A stretch of DNA of 64,000 nucleotides from Trueperaceae bacterium (GCA_965215565.1 CBDCDZ010000004.1:2912001-2976000); one strand, 5' to 3'. Counted from the first letter of the stretch, positions 49,626 through 59,100 are shown. A program made the numbers and translations. Notes: a model not told the origin generated them from the letters alone.

Positions 49626-50264
49626 TCATGATGAAGAAGGCGCGAAGATAAACGAGCCGACTGCAAAGCTGACCGCCACCATCCCGACGAGAAACGTCGC
49701 CCGAATTGCCCCCTGCTGGCTCGCCGTTTCACGCACACCCAGAAAGATGAGGACGATCCACCAGAGCGTACCCAAGTAGCCGATGAGCTGCCCGGCGCGC
49801 CCGGCGACGCTCGAGCTAATCTCTTGCTGCACCCGCGCGTTCGCCGCTTCAAAGGCTTGCGCGTCGCTCACGTCCACGTTGACGGGCGTCACCTCGATGG
49901 GAAACGCGACGACGATAACGAGCAAAAGGGCGTTGAGCAGAAGCTGCGGCGCGAGCGCGTAACCCGCTACCGCCCAAGGTTTCGCCTCCATCCCCGCGCC
50001 GACGCGCACCAAAAGCCCGTAGAAGAGCCACGTGATAAAGGGGGTGAAGAAGCCCGCAACTGCCGTGATGATCGGCGTCAGCGCGGCGAAGGGTGCAGTA
50101 GCGAGCGCCTCTTGAAAGGGTAGCCCGAGAAAGTAGCTCGCCACCGCCGACACGAGCGACACCAGCAGCACGGTCCAAACCACGCCGTTTACCTTCTTGC
50201 CTTCTGCCGAATCACGAAAGAAGCTGACCGGGCGCGCAATTACGCTGAAAAGCGCGTCAAGCAT
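49626..50264 (-). CDS. YIP1 family membrane protein
   Basis: RPVSFF start, 5 TM; upstream of the exporter. Confidence 0.7.
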   Translation of the reverse strand: MLDALFSVIARPVSFFRDSAEGKKVNGVVWTVLLVSLVSAVASYFLGLPFQEALATAPFAALTPIITAVAGFFTPFITWLFYGLLVRVGAGMEAKPWAVAGYALAPQLLLNALLLVIVVAFPIEVTPVNVDVSDAQAFEAANARVQQEISSSVAGRAGQLIGYLGTLWWIVLIFLGVRETASQQGAIRATFLVGMVAVSFAVGSFIFAPSSS

Positions 50265-50716
50265 CGTTCACCCGAGCTGAATAGGTCCAAATAAGTGCGT
50301 CCATACCTCTTAGTATAGGGCGTTAGAGAGGTGCACAAGGGAGTTTTCGCGACGGACGAACTGTAGGAGAGTTGGCACGGCGTCTGAGCCGCGCCGCCGG
50401 TAGATGAGGTCGACAAGAAGCAGCAGCAAAACATAAAAAAGCCCCGCTCCGAGTAAACGTAAGACGTTGCGAGAGAGGTTGCTAAGAAGTAGAGAGCGGG
50501 GTACCACGCTTCAAGTGGGTGCGTAGGAAGGTGTTAAAGCGTGTTGTAGAGAGGTACGCAAAGGAGAAGAGATTGGATGCATCCTCCAAACGGTGTAACA
50601 CGCTTTGTGTGCGTAGCAACGCAAAAGCCGTGAGAGACGTAAATTAGCTTACACGCACGCACAAAATGGAACGCCTTCTCCTCTAAAAATATCCACCCTT
50701 TAGACCGCCTTTACCC

Positions 50717-51712
50717 TTAAGTCAGCGCCCGACCCAACTCGAGCCCCGACAGATACGCCGCCTCCACCTTCGCCCCGCCGCACCAGTCGCCGCAGAAGAG
50801 GAGCGAGTCGTCCTCTTTCAGATAGCGTTCCCCGTAGGGCTCCGTCACCATCGAATAGCGCCAGCGCTGTATGTCCGTCCAGTTGGGCTGGGCGAGCCAA
50901 TTGCCTAATACTGTTGCCGCTGCGAGCATCATTTCTTTAATGAACTCTTGACTGTCTTCTAAATGCTCGGCTGAAAAATCGGGGCTGCCGTTGATGACGA
51001 GCACCGTCTCGCCACCCTCAGCACCTCGTTTGCTGCTATTACGGACGACGATTGCGAGCGTCCGGGAAACCTCTTCATCTTTGACCATGACGCCGCGCCA
51101 CGAGAGGTCACGCTTTGGATACCCCGCCATCAGCGTCCAGCAAGGCGCAAACTTAACCTCTTGCAGCGCGTTCGTTGTTTCCGAGGACAGTTCAGCGTCG
51201 CGGCATAGCTCTAAAACTTGGGGAGCAGGGACGTTGACTAAAACGCGCTCGGCGTCCAACGTTTCGCCCGTGGTCAGCTCGAGCCGCCATCCCCCATTAC
51301 CTCTTATCAAGCGTTCGACTCTGGTTTCGGTACGTATCTCGAGTTCCTCCCCCAACAACTTGCCTATCTTGTTCATCCCGTCAGGAAAGATATAGCGCGG
51401 GTGCCCATCCGAAGGAGCCTCTAACCCCTCGCTCGTCAGCGCGTGAAAGCCCTCTGCCCAGACCGCCGCGTGTTTTTGCCCTAACCACCTATCCACCTGA
51501 GCCTGAAAGCGCTCGTCCCGAACGGTGAAGTACTGCGCGCCGTGGTCCACTCTGTGCTCTACTCCGTGAGGATACAACCTGCGCGTGGCGGCGCGCCCAC
51601 CCAAGCCGCGACTCTTCTCTAAAACGAGAACCTCTTGACCCGCTCGCTTCAGAGCCCTCGCCGCCGTCAACCCTGCGATGCCCGCGCCAATCACGACCGT
51701 TTTGAATTCCAT
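50717..51712 (-). CDS. Renalase-like FAD/NAD(P) oxidoreductase
   Basis: GAGIAG, GGRAATRR, DHGAQYF, CGDW, EAAYLSG. Confidence 0.88.
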   Translation of the reverse strand: MEFKTVVIGAGIAGLTAARALKRAGQEVLVLEKSRGLGGRAATRRLYPHGVEHRVDHGAQYFTVRDERFQAQVDRWLGQKHAAVWAEGFHALTSEGLEAPSDGHPRYIFPDGMNKIGKLLGEELEIRTETRVERLIRGNGGWRLELTTGETLDAERVLVNVPAPQVLELCRDAELSSETTNALQEVKFAPCWTLMAGYPKRDLSWRGVMVKDEEVSRTLAIVVRNSSKRGAEGGETVLVINGSPDFSAEHLEDSQEFIKEMMLAAATVLGNWLAQPNWTDIQRWRYSMVTEPYGERYLKEDDSLLFCGDWCGGAKVEAAYLSGLELGRALT

Positions 51713-51812
51713 ACGTTCAGTATGACGCGGATAGAAGGGCGGAACTGCGTCGCGCCACTTGATGACGACGCTTCATAAAGTCGTAGGAGTGTGTCTCGAG
51801 CGTTCTACTAAA

Positions 51813-51917
51813 AGCAATGAGTTGTAAGCAATCCAGTCAAGCTGGTTACGCAGTCTCCCGCAGGGAACGAACGGTGAGCAATGAGTCTAAAGGGTTTCAC
51901 TCATTGCTCGTTACTCG
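51813..51917. repeat. Family B repeat, copy 4 (overlaps the YihY stop)
   Basis: GAGCAATGAGTCTAAAGGGTTTCACTCATTGCTC. Confidence 0.85.
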
Positions 51918-52808
51918 CTCCTCTTTATTAGCCGCCTCTGAGCGCACCGCATACTCAGCAGGTTTTATCCCCGAGCCGAAGCGCCGCCCGTACACCTGGG
52001 TAAACTCCGCGCCGAAAAGCAGAATCTGCGCCGAGTAGTAAATCCAGAGGAGGAGGACGACTAAGGAGCCCGCTGCGCCATATGTGGAGGCTGCTGAACT
52101 CGTGCCGATATAGTAGCTAATTAAGAACTTACCGAGCGAAAAGAGTAGAGAGGTCACGAGCGCTCCTACCCACACGTCGCGCCAGGCGACCTGAACATCG
52201 GGCAGGTACTTGAAGATCATCGCGAAGAGAAGCGTGATGACGGCGGTGGAGAGGGCGAAGTTCATCACTTGCCAGAAAGTTTCTTCGCCAGGGAGCAGAA
52301 GTAGATTGCTGAAATAGTTGTTGACCACGTTGAGTGCGGCGCTCAGCAGCAGCGAGACAAGGAGCAAAAAGCCGATGACCAAAACCATCCCGAGCGAGAG
52401 GACGCGCGTTCTGAGCATGTTCATGATGCCTGCCGACGGGTCCGGCTTCACGCCCCACACCCTGTTGAGCGCGTTTTGGAGCTGCGCGAAAAGCCCCGTC
52501 GCCCCGAAGATAAGGAGCGCCACGCCGATCACTGTCGCGAGAATGCCCGAGCCCGACTGCGCGGTGTTTTGGAGGAGCGTCCCCAGCACCCCCGCTACAT
52601 CGCTCCCCACCGCCGCCGCCACCTGATCTAAAAGCGCTTGCTGCGCCTCTCCTTGCCCAAACACGAGCCCTGCCACCGCCACGACGATGATGAGCGTAGG
52701 CGCAAGTGCGAAGATGGTGTAATAGGCGAGCGCCGCCGCCAAGACTGTCGCCTGGTCTTGGTTCCACTCGGTGACGGTCTGACTGAGTAAGTTCCAGATG
52801 GTTTTCAT
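51897..52808 (-). CDS. YihY/BrkB family membrane protein
   Basis: AAALAYY, FKYLP, YGAAGS..LLWIYYSAQILLFGAE. Confidence 0.9.
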   Translation of the reverse strand: MKTIWNLLSQTVTEWNQDQATVLAAALAYYTIFALAPTLIIVVAVAGLVFGQGEAQQALLDQVAAAVGSDVAGVLGTLLQNTAQSGSGILATVIGVALLIFGATGLFAQLQNALNRVWGVKPDPSAGIMNMLRTRVLSLGMVLVIGFLLLVSLLLSAALNVVNNYFSNLLLLPGEETFWQVMNFALSTAVITLLFAMIFKYLPDVQVAWRDVWVGALVTSLLFSLGKFLISYYIGTSSAASTYGAAGSLVVLLLWIYYSAQILLFGAEFTQVYGRRFGSGIKPAEYAVRSEAANKEERVTSNE

Positions 52809-52862
52809 AGGTTGATTATGCCCTGCGAAATGACGTGGTTAGGTCTCGAGGGCGGTTTTTAA

Positions 52863-52937
52863 GAGCAATGAGTTCAAAGCAACGAGCAATGAGTGAAAGG
52901 CTTTAGACTCATTGCTCGTTGCTCGTTGCTCATTGCT
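52863..52937. repeat. Family B repeat, copy 5
   Basis: GAGCAATGAGTGAAAGGCTTTAGACTCATTGCTC plus heptamer arms. Confidence 0.85.
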
Positions 52938-52943
52938 GCCTTT

Positions 52944-53819
52944 TTACGCTTCACTTGGGCGCATCGCGTGCTCATCCGGCTCAATGCCCGAGCCGAAGCG
53001 CCGCCCGTAAACCTGTGTGAACTCCGCGCCGAAGAGCAAGATTTGCGCAGAGTAGTAAATCCAGAGGAGCAACACGATCAAGGAGCCCGCCGCGCCGTAC
53101 GTCGAAGCAGTTGAGCTGCTGCTGATGTAAAAGCTGATGGCGAACCTGCCGAGTCCGAACAGCAGCGCGGTCACGAACGCGCCCACCCACACGTCACCCC
53201 ACGCCACCTTCACGTCAGGCAGGTATTTGAAGATCAGCGCAAACAGCAGCGCGATGACAAAGAGCGAGAGGGCGAAATTGAGAATCTGCCAGAGGACCGC
53301 CCCGCCCGGCAGGTTGCTGCTCAAAAAACCGCCGAACGCATTGAGGAGCGAGCTGAGCACGAGCGAAACGAGCAACAAAAAGCCGATAACGAGCACCAGA
53401 CCGAGCGCCGTCGCCCGGATTTTCACCATGTGCAAGATGCCCGTGTCGGGCTTCGGCTCGACTTCCCAAATTTGGTTCAAAGCGCTCTGAAGCTGCGCAA
53501 AGACGCCCGTCGCGCCCACCGCCAGCGTCGCGAAACCGATGATGGTGGCGATGATGCCCGAGCTTTGCCCACCCTGGTTGCTGATCATCGTCTGCACAAT
53601 GCCCGCCGCCTGCGGCCCGACGGTCTGCTCGATCTGGCTTAGAAGCGTCTGCTGCGCTTCCGCTCCGCTAAAGACGAGGCTCGCAATCGAGATGACGAGC
53701 ACGAGCAGCGGCGCGAGCGCGAAGATCGTGTAGTACGCGAGCGCGGCGGCGAGCATCGACGCCTTGTCGTCGCTCCACTCCGACGCAGTCTGGGTGAGTA
53801 AGTTCCAAGTTGCTTTCAC
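52944..53819 (-). CDS. YihY/BrkB family membrane protein (tandem paralog)
   Basis: Same motifs as the neighbouring gene. Confidence 0.9.
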   Translation of the reverse strand: MKATWNLLTQTASEWSDDKASMLAAALAYYTIFALAPLLVLVISIASLVFSGAEAQQTLLSQIEQTVGPQAAGIVQTMISNQGGQSSGIIATIIGFATLAVGATGVFAQLQSALNQIWEVEPKPDTGILHMVKIRATALGLVLVIGFLLLVSLVLSSLLNAFGGFLSSNLPGGAVLWQILNFALSLFVIALLFALIFKYLPDVKVAWGDVWVGAFVTALLFGLGRFAISFYISSSSTASTYGAAGSLIVLLLWIYYSAQILLFGAEFTQVYGRRFGSGIEPDEHAMRPSEA

Positions 53820-53895
53820 GTATGACCCCCTTGTTCTTGGTGATGTTGTAGGCGATGTAACTCTTCAGTTCGAATATTGAGTGTGACTAAACACA

Positions 53896-54008
53896 TAGCA
53901 GGTATCATCTGGTTTGAGACAGTCTTCACTACACGAAGTAAACGTCTAGCACGCACATTTGACGATGATACCTGCGACATTCTGTCTCAGTGTATCGTGG
54001 AACTGCTG
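53896..54008 (+). mobile_element. Family A element, copy 7
   Basis: TAGCAGGTATCATCTGGTTTGAGAC...GATGATACCTGC...GGAACTGCT. Confidence 0.85.
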
Positions 54009-54094
54009 ACACATCCTCATGTTTATCGAAGCAAACTTCGTTTAGAAACACTAGGGGCGAGCACACAAGCTGAATCTCTCGTTCTTAATACTAG

Positions 54095-54562
54095 TCATGG
54101 CTGCAAGTTGCTAGGCGACACCGCCACCTCGAAGCGGCTCAGCAACTCGGTGGCTACGTTGCTCAGATTTTCCTTCCAGACGTCGCCATTCTCGAAGCGC
54201 ACGGCGTAGACAAAAGGGACGCTCGAGAACAGCTCATCCGCCCGCGTTTCCACAAAACTGTTTGTGAGCGCCGCACTTTCCCCTGGCGCTAGCGTGCTCA
54301 AGTCATCCGTCCAACGCACGTACTGCACCGCGATCACGTCGTTAAAGGCGTCGACCATTACCACACCTACCGCCACTCCTACAACTCGGTTTTCGCTCGT
54401 GTTCGTCATAGTGGCTGCAACTTCGACGCTGACCTCGCTCGTCGTTACAGAGAAAGCCTCGAGTCTGGCGGGAGCGCTCTGCGTGAGGGGCAAGACCTCT
54501 TGCGCCGCCGCGCCGCTCCACAGCCCGAGGGAGAGCAGTGCGAGGAGTATCCGCTCACTCAT
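54095..54562 (-). CDS. Secreted hypothetical protein
   Basis: Signal peptide; overlaps the upstream gene stop. Confidence 0.65.
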   Translation of the reverse strand: MSERILLALLSLGLWSGAAAQEVLPLTQSAPARLEAFSVTTSEVSVEVAATMTNTSENRVVGVAVGVVMVDAFNDVIAVQYVRWTDDLSTLAPGESAALTNSFVETRADELFSSVPFVYAVRFENGDVWKENLSNVATELLSRFEVAVSPSNLQP

Positions 54563-55619
54563 CGTTAACCTCTTCGTTGTCGTCGACCTCGTCGTCGGGC
54601 GGCGCGTCCTTGTCGCTCTCTCTCCACACCTCGTCCCAGGTCCAGCCGTCCTTTTCCACGAGGGCCAGGAGCAGCTTGCGCCGCTCTTCGAACTGTTTGA
54701 TCATCTCTTGAAACTCCGCGTCGTCGACGGTCTGCAAGCCGTGTTCGCGCAGCGCGCTAGCCGACGGAACCTCCGGCGCTTCCTCGGCGGCGTTCATAAA
54801 AGCGACCTCGAGCGTCTCCAGGTACTCGCTGATGGTCTGCTGCAGAGGGAACATCTTCCGCGCGTTATCCTCGCATTTACCCGTCAATCCGTGCTCCAAG
54901 TAGCCCAGGGCTTGGTCGAGCGAGGCGATTTGCAAAGATGACGAGGTGCTGCGGCTGGTTGAGTGAAAGTAGTGGACGATGGGGTACGCCAGGTGCTGCT
55001 GGCTGGAGGTGCCGATCATCTCCATGAGGCTCGTCAGGTGTTCGGTCAGGTCGCTGCAATCCTCGCCGTCCCAGGAGCGCTTCAAGATATCGAAGGGCGA
55101 TTTGCCGAGGCTCGAGATGTAGAGCGCCATCGCCCGGTCCTGCACCGCCGCCGAGATGACTGAGAGTAGGTAGGTGATTGCTAAGGTCGCCAAAAAGAAG
55201 CCCGTCGAGGAGGCGACGACGGTGAGCACTTGCCACAGCGCCCCCTGCGGTTTGTAGTCACCTAAACCTAATGTGATAAGCGTATAGCCCGTGAAGTAGA
55301 GCCGCGCCCAAGGGTCAGCGGGCGTCCCGACCGGGCTCTCCACGACGGCGGGTAAGCTGGCGCTAAAGATCAGCGTCCAGCCGATGAGGAGCAGCACGCC
55401 CCAGGAGACGACCACACTGAGCAGCACCACCACGCTCATCCTCGAGAGCACCTGGTGCGACTTCGTGTAGCGGTGTAGCTGCAACGCGCCCCGCCATACG
55501 AAGCTGGAAATTCGCCCCGAAAAGATACCGCCGCCGCGCGGCAAGAGGGTGTTTTGGATGACGTCTAGTAGCGTGACGAGCACGATGACGATGCCTAAAA
55601 TACCTAATAAAATCTGCAT
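54555..55619 (-). CDS. Two-TM pore ion (potassium) channel family protein
   Basis: LYFTGYTLITLGLGD pore motif. Confidence 0.8.
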   Translation of the reverse strand: MQILLGILGIVIVLVTLLDVIQNTLLPRGGGIFSGRISSFVWRGALQLHRYTKSHQVLSRMSVVVLLSVVVSWGVLLLIGWTLIFSASLPAVVESPVGTPADPWARLYFTGYTLITLGLGDYKPQGALWQVLTVVASSTGFFLATLAITYLLSVISAAVQDRAMALYISSLGKSPFDILKRSWDGEDCSDLTEHLTSLMEMIGTSSQQHLAYPIVHYFHSTSRSTSSSLQIASLDQALGYLEHGLTGKCEDNARKMFPLQQTISEYLETLEVAFMNAAEEAPEVPSASALREHGLQTVDDAEFQEMIKQFEERRKLLLALVEKDGWTWDEVWRESDKDAPPDDEVDDNEEVNDE

Positions 55620-55633
55620 AATCCTCTTTTCAC

Positions 55634-56911
55634 CTATTCTGGCAGCTCTAGGAGTTCCACGTTGATGAGCGGGGTGAAGTCGGAGAACTCCGCTTGCAAG
55701 CGTTGCACAACCCTCTTCTCGAGCTGCGTCTCCAGCACCTCATTCTCACCCGCTACGCCTGAACGCCGCTGCGCGTAAACCACGCCCAAGAGGGTCTCTT
55801 GACCGGGAATGTTCGAGCGTGTGAAGCTGGCACTGGTATTGATCGCGCGAGCCACATCGCCTGAGTCTACCGCTTGTCCCATCTGATAGGCGACGCGCTG
55901 GGCTAAGCTCGAGCGCACCAAGTCGGGCGAGCTGCTAAGTTGAAGCGTAAAGAGTGCGCCAACCGCTAAAGCAGAAACGCCCAAGTTGACAGGAAAGAGG
56001 GAGCGGTTGCCCCGCTCGAAGTAGGGCTCCTCCACCGAGATTTCGAAAAGCCGAAAGACGAGCGAACCCGCCAGGTTGATGCCGAAAAGCTGCAGCGTCA
56101 CGACGAAAAGTCCGCCCAGGACCATCTCCCAGCGCCCGAGCGCTAGCGCCATCCCCATCACGGCGGTGGGCGGCGCGAGCGACGCCGCGACGAGCATCCC
56201 CACCGCCGCGCCCGAGACCAAGCTGCTGTTGTCCGACTGCATGAGGCTTAGCGCCCCCGCGCCGCCCGCGATGAGCGGCAGAAGCACCGCCAGCGTAGAG
56301 ACCGAACTGATGTCCACCATCTGGCTCGTGACGGCCTGCTGTCCGAAGATGAGGCTCAAAAGCGCCGCCGCGCCCGCAATGATGAAAAGAGCAATCACGT
56401 AGCGCAGCAAGCTCCGCCGAAAGAGGTGCAGGTCGCCCCTCGCTGTCGCTAGCGCCGTGTTCGTAGCGGGTCCGGCTAGGGGTGCGATCAGCATAGCGGA
56501 AACGAGCAGGTATGTCGTATTGGTGTAGAGCCCAATCCAAGCGACTACGGCAGCGGTCACCGCGTAGCCGATAAAGCCCGTCCACGCGCCAATGCTCTGC
56601 AAGCCTGACAGAAAGACCTCGATGGGGCTGAGCGGCTGGATGTCTAAGACTTGCTGCGCGGCTCTGCCTGTAGGCGGGTGGAGGGGCAAAATGCCACTTG
56701 GCTGCAAGACGACGTGCAGGTTCGCAACCGACTTGAGTTCGCGCATGAGCCCTTCGACTTCGCGGTTGGAGACGTAGACGAAGACGAGGTCTAAGTCGAG
56801 CCCGCCCTTTTTCGCCTCGAGTACGCTCAAGTTCACCCCGCCGCGCTCCTCCGCCGCCGCAATCACTCGCTCGCCCTCACCTCTCGGCACGCGGAAGATG
56901 AGTTGCCTCAT
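55634..56911 (-). CDS. DUF389 membrane protein
   Basis: AMLIAPLAGP, VAASLAPP. Confidence 0.8.
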   Translation of the reverse strand: MRQLIFRVPRGEGERVIAAAEERGGVNLSVLEAKKGGLDLDLVFVYVSNREVEGLMRELKSVANLHVVLQPSGILPLHPPTGRAAQQVLDIQPLSPIEVFLSGLQSIGAWTGFIGYAVTAAVVAWIGLYTNTTYLLVSAMLIAPLAGPATNTALATARGDLHLFRRSLLRYVIALFIIAGAAALLSLIFGQQAVTSQMVDISSVSTLAVLLPLIAGGAGALSLMQSDNSSLVSGAAVGMLVAASLAPPTAVMGMALALGRWEMVLGGLFVVTLQLFGINLAGSLVFRLFEISVEEPYFERGNRSLFPVNLGVSALAVGALFTLQLSSSPDLVRSSLAQRVAYQMGQAVDSGDVARAINTSASFTRSNIPGQETLLGVVYAQRRSGVAGENEVLETQLEKRVVQRLQAEFSDFTPLINVELLELPE

Positions 56912-57083
56912 GTAAGGGCGCGTCTAAGCGTGCGTTTGGTCGTTGTCTGTTCGCTCGATGTTGAACTGGTTGACGTCCTAACCCCAATTCTTCTCGCTTC
57001 TCCAAGTATCAAGCCCCACCCCTTTGCCTTTCCAGTCTCTCACGCTAAAAGCGAGACGTCAACGCCAAAAAGTTTGCAAAGAT

Positions 57084-57638
57084 TCATTTGACTACGCTGC
57101 TGCAGACGTGAGAAGAGGTTGACGAACTTGTCAACCTCTCGAGAAAACCACAGCTTAAAACTTTAGAACTGTAAGATGAATCTCTTTGACGGCTAGGGCG
57201 CTCTGAACTTCCTAAAAAGGTCTCGACGAGGCTGTACCCTTTGGGACTCTCTCCGGCCGTCTCGATAGTGAGGTCTTGCAAGGGTTCCGGGAGGCTGCCC
57301 GTCGTGAAGGATTCGGTGATGGAGCGCGCTTCGGTGTCCGCGCCGCTCACATGGGCGGTGATGTCGTAAGTCGTTTCGGGTAGCAGTCCGAGCACGGCGA
57401 TCTCTTGCGTACCCTCTTCAACCGGATAGGCGGGCGTTTCGCCCGCTGGCTCGCCCTCGGTTTCGTAGCGCACCGTCACCTCCGCGCCCTCAGAAGCGCC
57501 GAGCACCTCGAGCGAGATAAGCGCCGAGAGGACGCTGTGGGGGTTTTCGCGCACCTCGAGTGGCGACACGGTCTGCGCGCCGCCGAACTCTCCAACAATA
57601 AAAAGCAGCAAGACGCCGTAGAGATGAAGTTTTTTCAT
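57084..57638 (-). pseudogene. Truncated secreted protein resembling an arylsulfate sulfotransferase N-terminal Ig domain
   Basis: NPHSVLSA, VLGLLPETTY, FTTGSLP, then the frame runs into a palindromic non-coding-looking segment. Confidence 0.55.
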
Positions 57639-57699
57639 TTCTTCTCCTTCTACCCCGCCTGTCAGATTTTTTATTCCTGCTTAGAGGAGAGCTTATCTA

Positions 57700-57857
57700 T
57701 AGCAGTTCCAAGACATACTGAGACGGATGAGTGCAGACATCATCTCAGAATGTGCGTGCTGTAAGATGTTCTCAAAAGTGAGAGTGTTTCAAACCACCAT
57801 CGCTGCGCGAGTACTAACGTGAACCGAGCTTTGTGAGACAGACTTTGATACCTGCTA
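57700..57857 (-). mobile_element. Family A element, copy 8
   Basis: Minus strand TAGCAGGTATCA...GCACGCACATTCTGAGATGATGTCTGC...GTCTCAGTATGTCTTGGAACTGCTA. Confidence 0.85.
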
Positions 57858-57873
57858 CTAGTCTTGCTGTAAC

Positions 57874-57907
57874 AAAAATGAGAGAGGCGGACTAGCCGCC
57901 TCTCTCA
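57874..57907 (-). terminator. Rho-independent terminator
   Basis: TGAGAGAGGCGG / CCGCCTCTCTCA stem followed by a T run on the minus strand. Confidence 0.75.
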
Positions 57908-57926
57908 CACTTGCCTTCGTTTTTAT

Positions 57927-58085
57927 CTACTTTCTAGCAATGACCCAGACCGCGTGGACGATGCCGGGTACGAAGCCCAGAAGCGTCAGCAGAATGTTGA
58001 TCCAGAAGTGCTTACCCAAGCCAACCTCTAAGAAAACACCTAGAGGCGGTAGGATGATTGCGAAGATAATCTTGATGAGGTCCAT
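57927..58085 (-). CDS. YqaE/Pmp3 (UPF0057) small membrane protein, absent from the ORF track
   Basis: MDLIKIIFAIILPPLGVFLEVGLGKHFWINILLTLLGFVPGIVHAVWVIARK. Confidence 0.88.
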   Translation of the reverse strand: MDLIKIIFAIILPPLGVFLEVGLGKHFWINILLTLLGFVPGIVHAVWVIARK

Positions 58086-58089
58086 AGGA

Positions 58090-59100
58090 CTAGCTTACCC
58101 TATGTGCGTCCCTTTCGTCCTTGGGGCTACCGAACGCGCTACCCGCCGCCGCGACACCCGCCCCTACGAGCAAGACGAAGAACGCGGTGATCGCGGCTGT
58201 GCCTACAGCGTTCGCGGCATTTTGAGCGAACTGCGAAGCCTGCTGCTGCGCCTGGTCAAGCTGCTGCTGCGCATTTTGCGAGAACTGATTCACCTGCGTG
58301 CGAATCTCTTGATCGCTCAGTTCGGAGCGCCGCGCCAGGATATTGGTGAATTCCTCTCGCGCCGCTGGCGAGGTCAGTTGTTCGCCCGACTGAACGCGGT
58401 TCACAGCAGCCCGAACGAGCTGCTGGCTCGCCTGCCCGGGGTTCTGTACGCCCGCCCTGGTGAAGAGGTCTTGCGCCTCCTGCTGGACGTTGTTGAGACC
58501 GGGAATCTGATTGAGTGCGTTGGTGATACCTTGAGGCGAGTTGGGCGCTGCGCTCGCCGCGCTGCTGATGCCTGACGTCGCCGCGCTGAATGCGGAACCA
58601 ACCGTGCTCGTCACACCGCTCAGCACGGAGCCAATTACCGTCGTACTCAGATAGAACGTGAACAGCGTCAGCACCGCCCAGGTAAGGATGCCGTGCATGA
58701 GCCCCGGAAAGGTGCGCGGCGTGCCCGCGAGTTTGCCCGCAACGTAGCCGCCCAAAAAAAGCCCGACTAAGTTACTTATAACTGTAGCGACGAGCGTACC
58801 GATAGGCAGACCGCCGAACGGATTCTGCTCGCTTGCCGGGTTGATCGTCGAAATACCAATGCCGTAAAAGAGCAAGTTAAGCAGAACAATCGTAAGGAGC
58901 GCGGTTAGAACGCCTGCAAAGACAGCGCCCCACGAGATACGCCTGACGGGTCTGCCGTCATGGTCATTTCTGTCGTAGTTGTCTCTAACCGTGCGGTCCC
59001 TATCAACGACGCGGTCTCGGTCGTAGGTTCTGTCCCTATCTGTGCCGCGCGAATCGGATTCGACAACGACGCGCTCGTCGGTTCTTTTATTGTCTGCCAT
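58090..59100 (-). CDS. Membrane protein with ISWGAVFAG motif and charged N-terminal repeats
   Basis: AGGAG RBS; several TM segments plus a Gln/Ala-rich helical region. Confidence 0.75.
   Translation of the reverse strand: MADNKRTDERVVVESDSRGTDRDRTYDRDRVVDRDRTVRDNYDRNDHDGRPVRRISWGAVFAGVLTALLTIVLLNLLFYGIGISTINPASEQNPFGGLPIGTLVATVISNLVGLFLGGYVAGKLAGTPRTFPGLMHGILTWAVLTLFTFYLSTTVIGSVLSGVTSTVGSAFSAATSGISSAASAAPNSPQGITNALNQIPGLNNVQQEAQDLFTRAGVQNPGQASQQLVRAAVNRVQSGEQLTSPAAREEFTNILARRSELSDQEIRTQVNQFSQNAQQQLDQAQQQASQFAQNAANAVGTAAITAFFVLLVGAGVAAAGSAFGSPKDERDAHRVS

Noticed and set aside
50240..50507. Short minus-strand ORFs upstream of YIP1
   Set aside because: No recognisable motifs or convincing starts, and the frames conflict.
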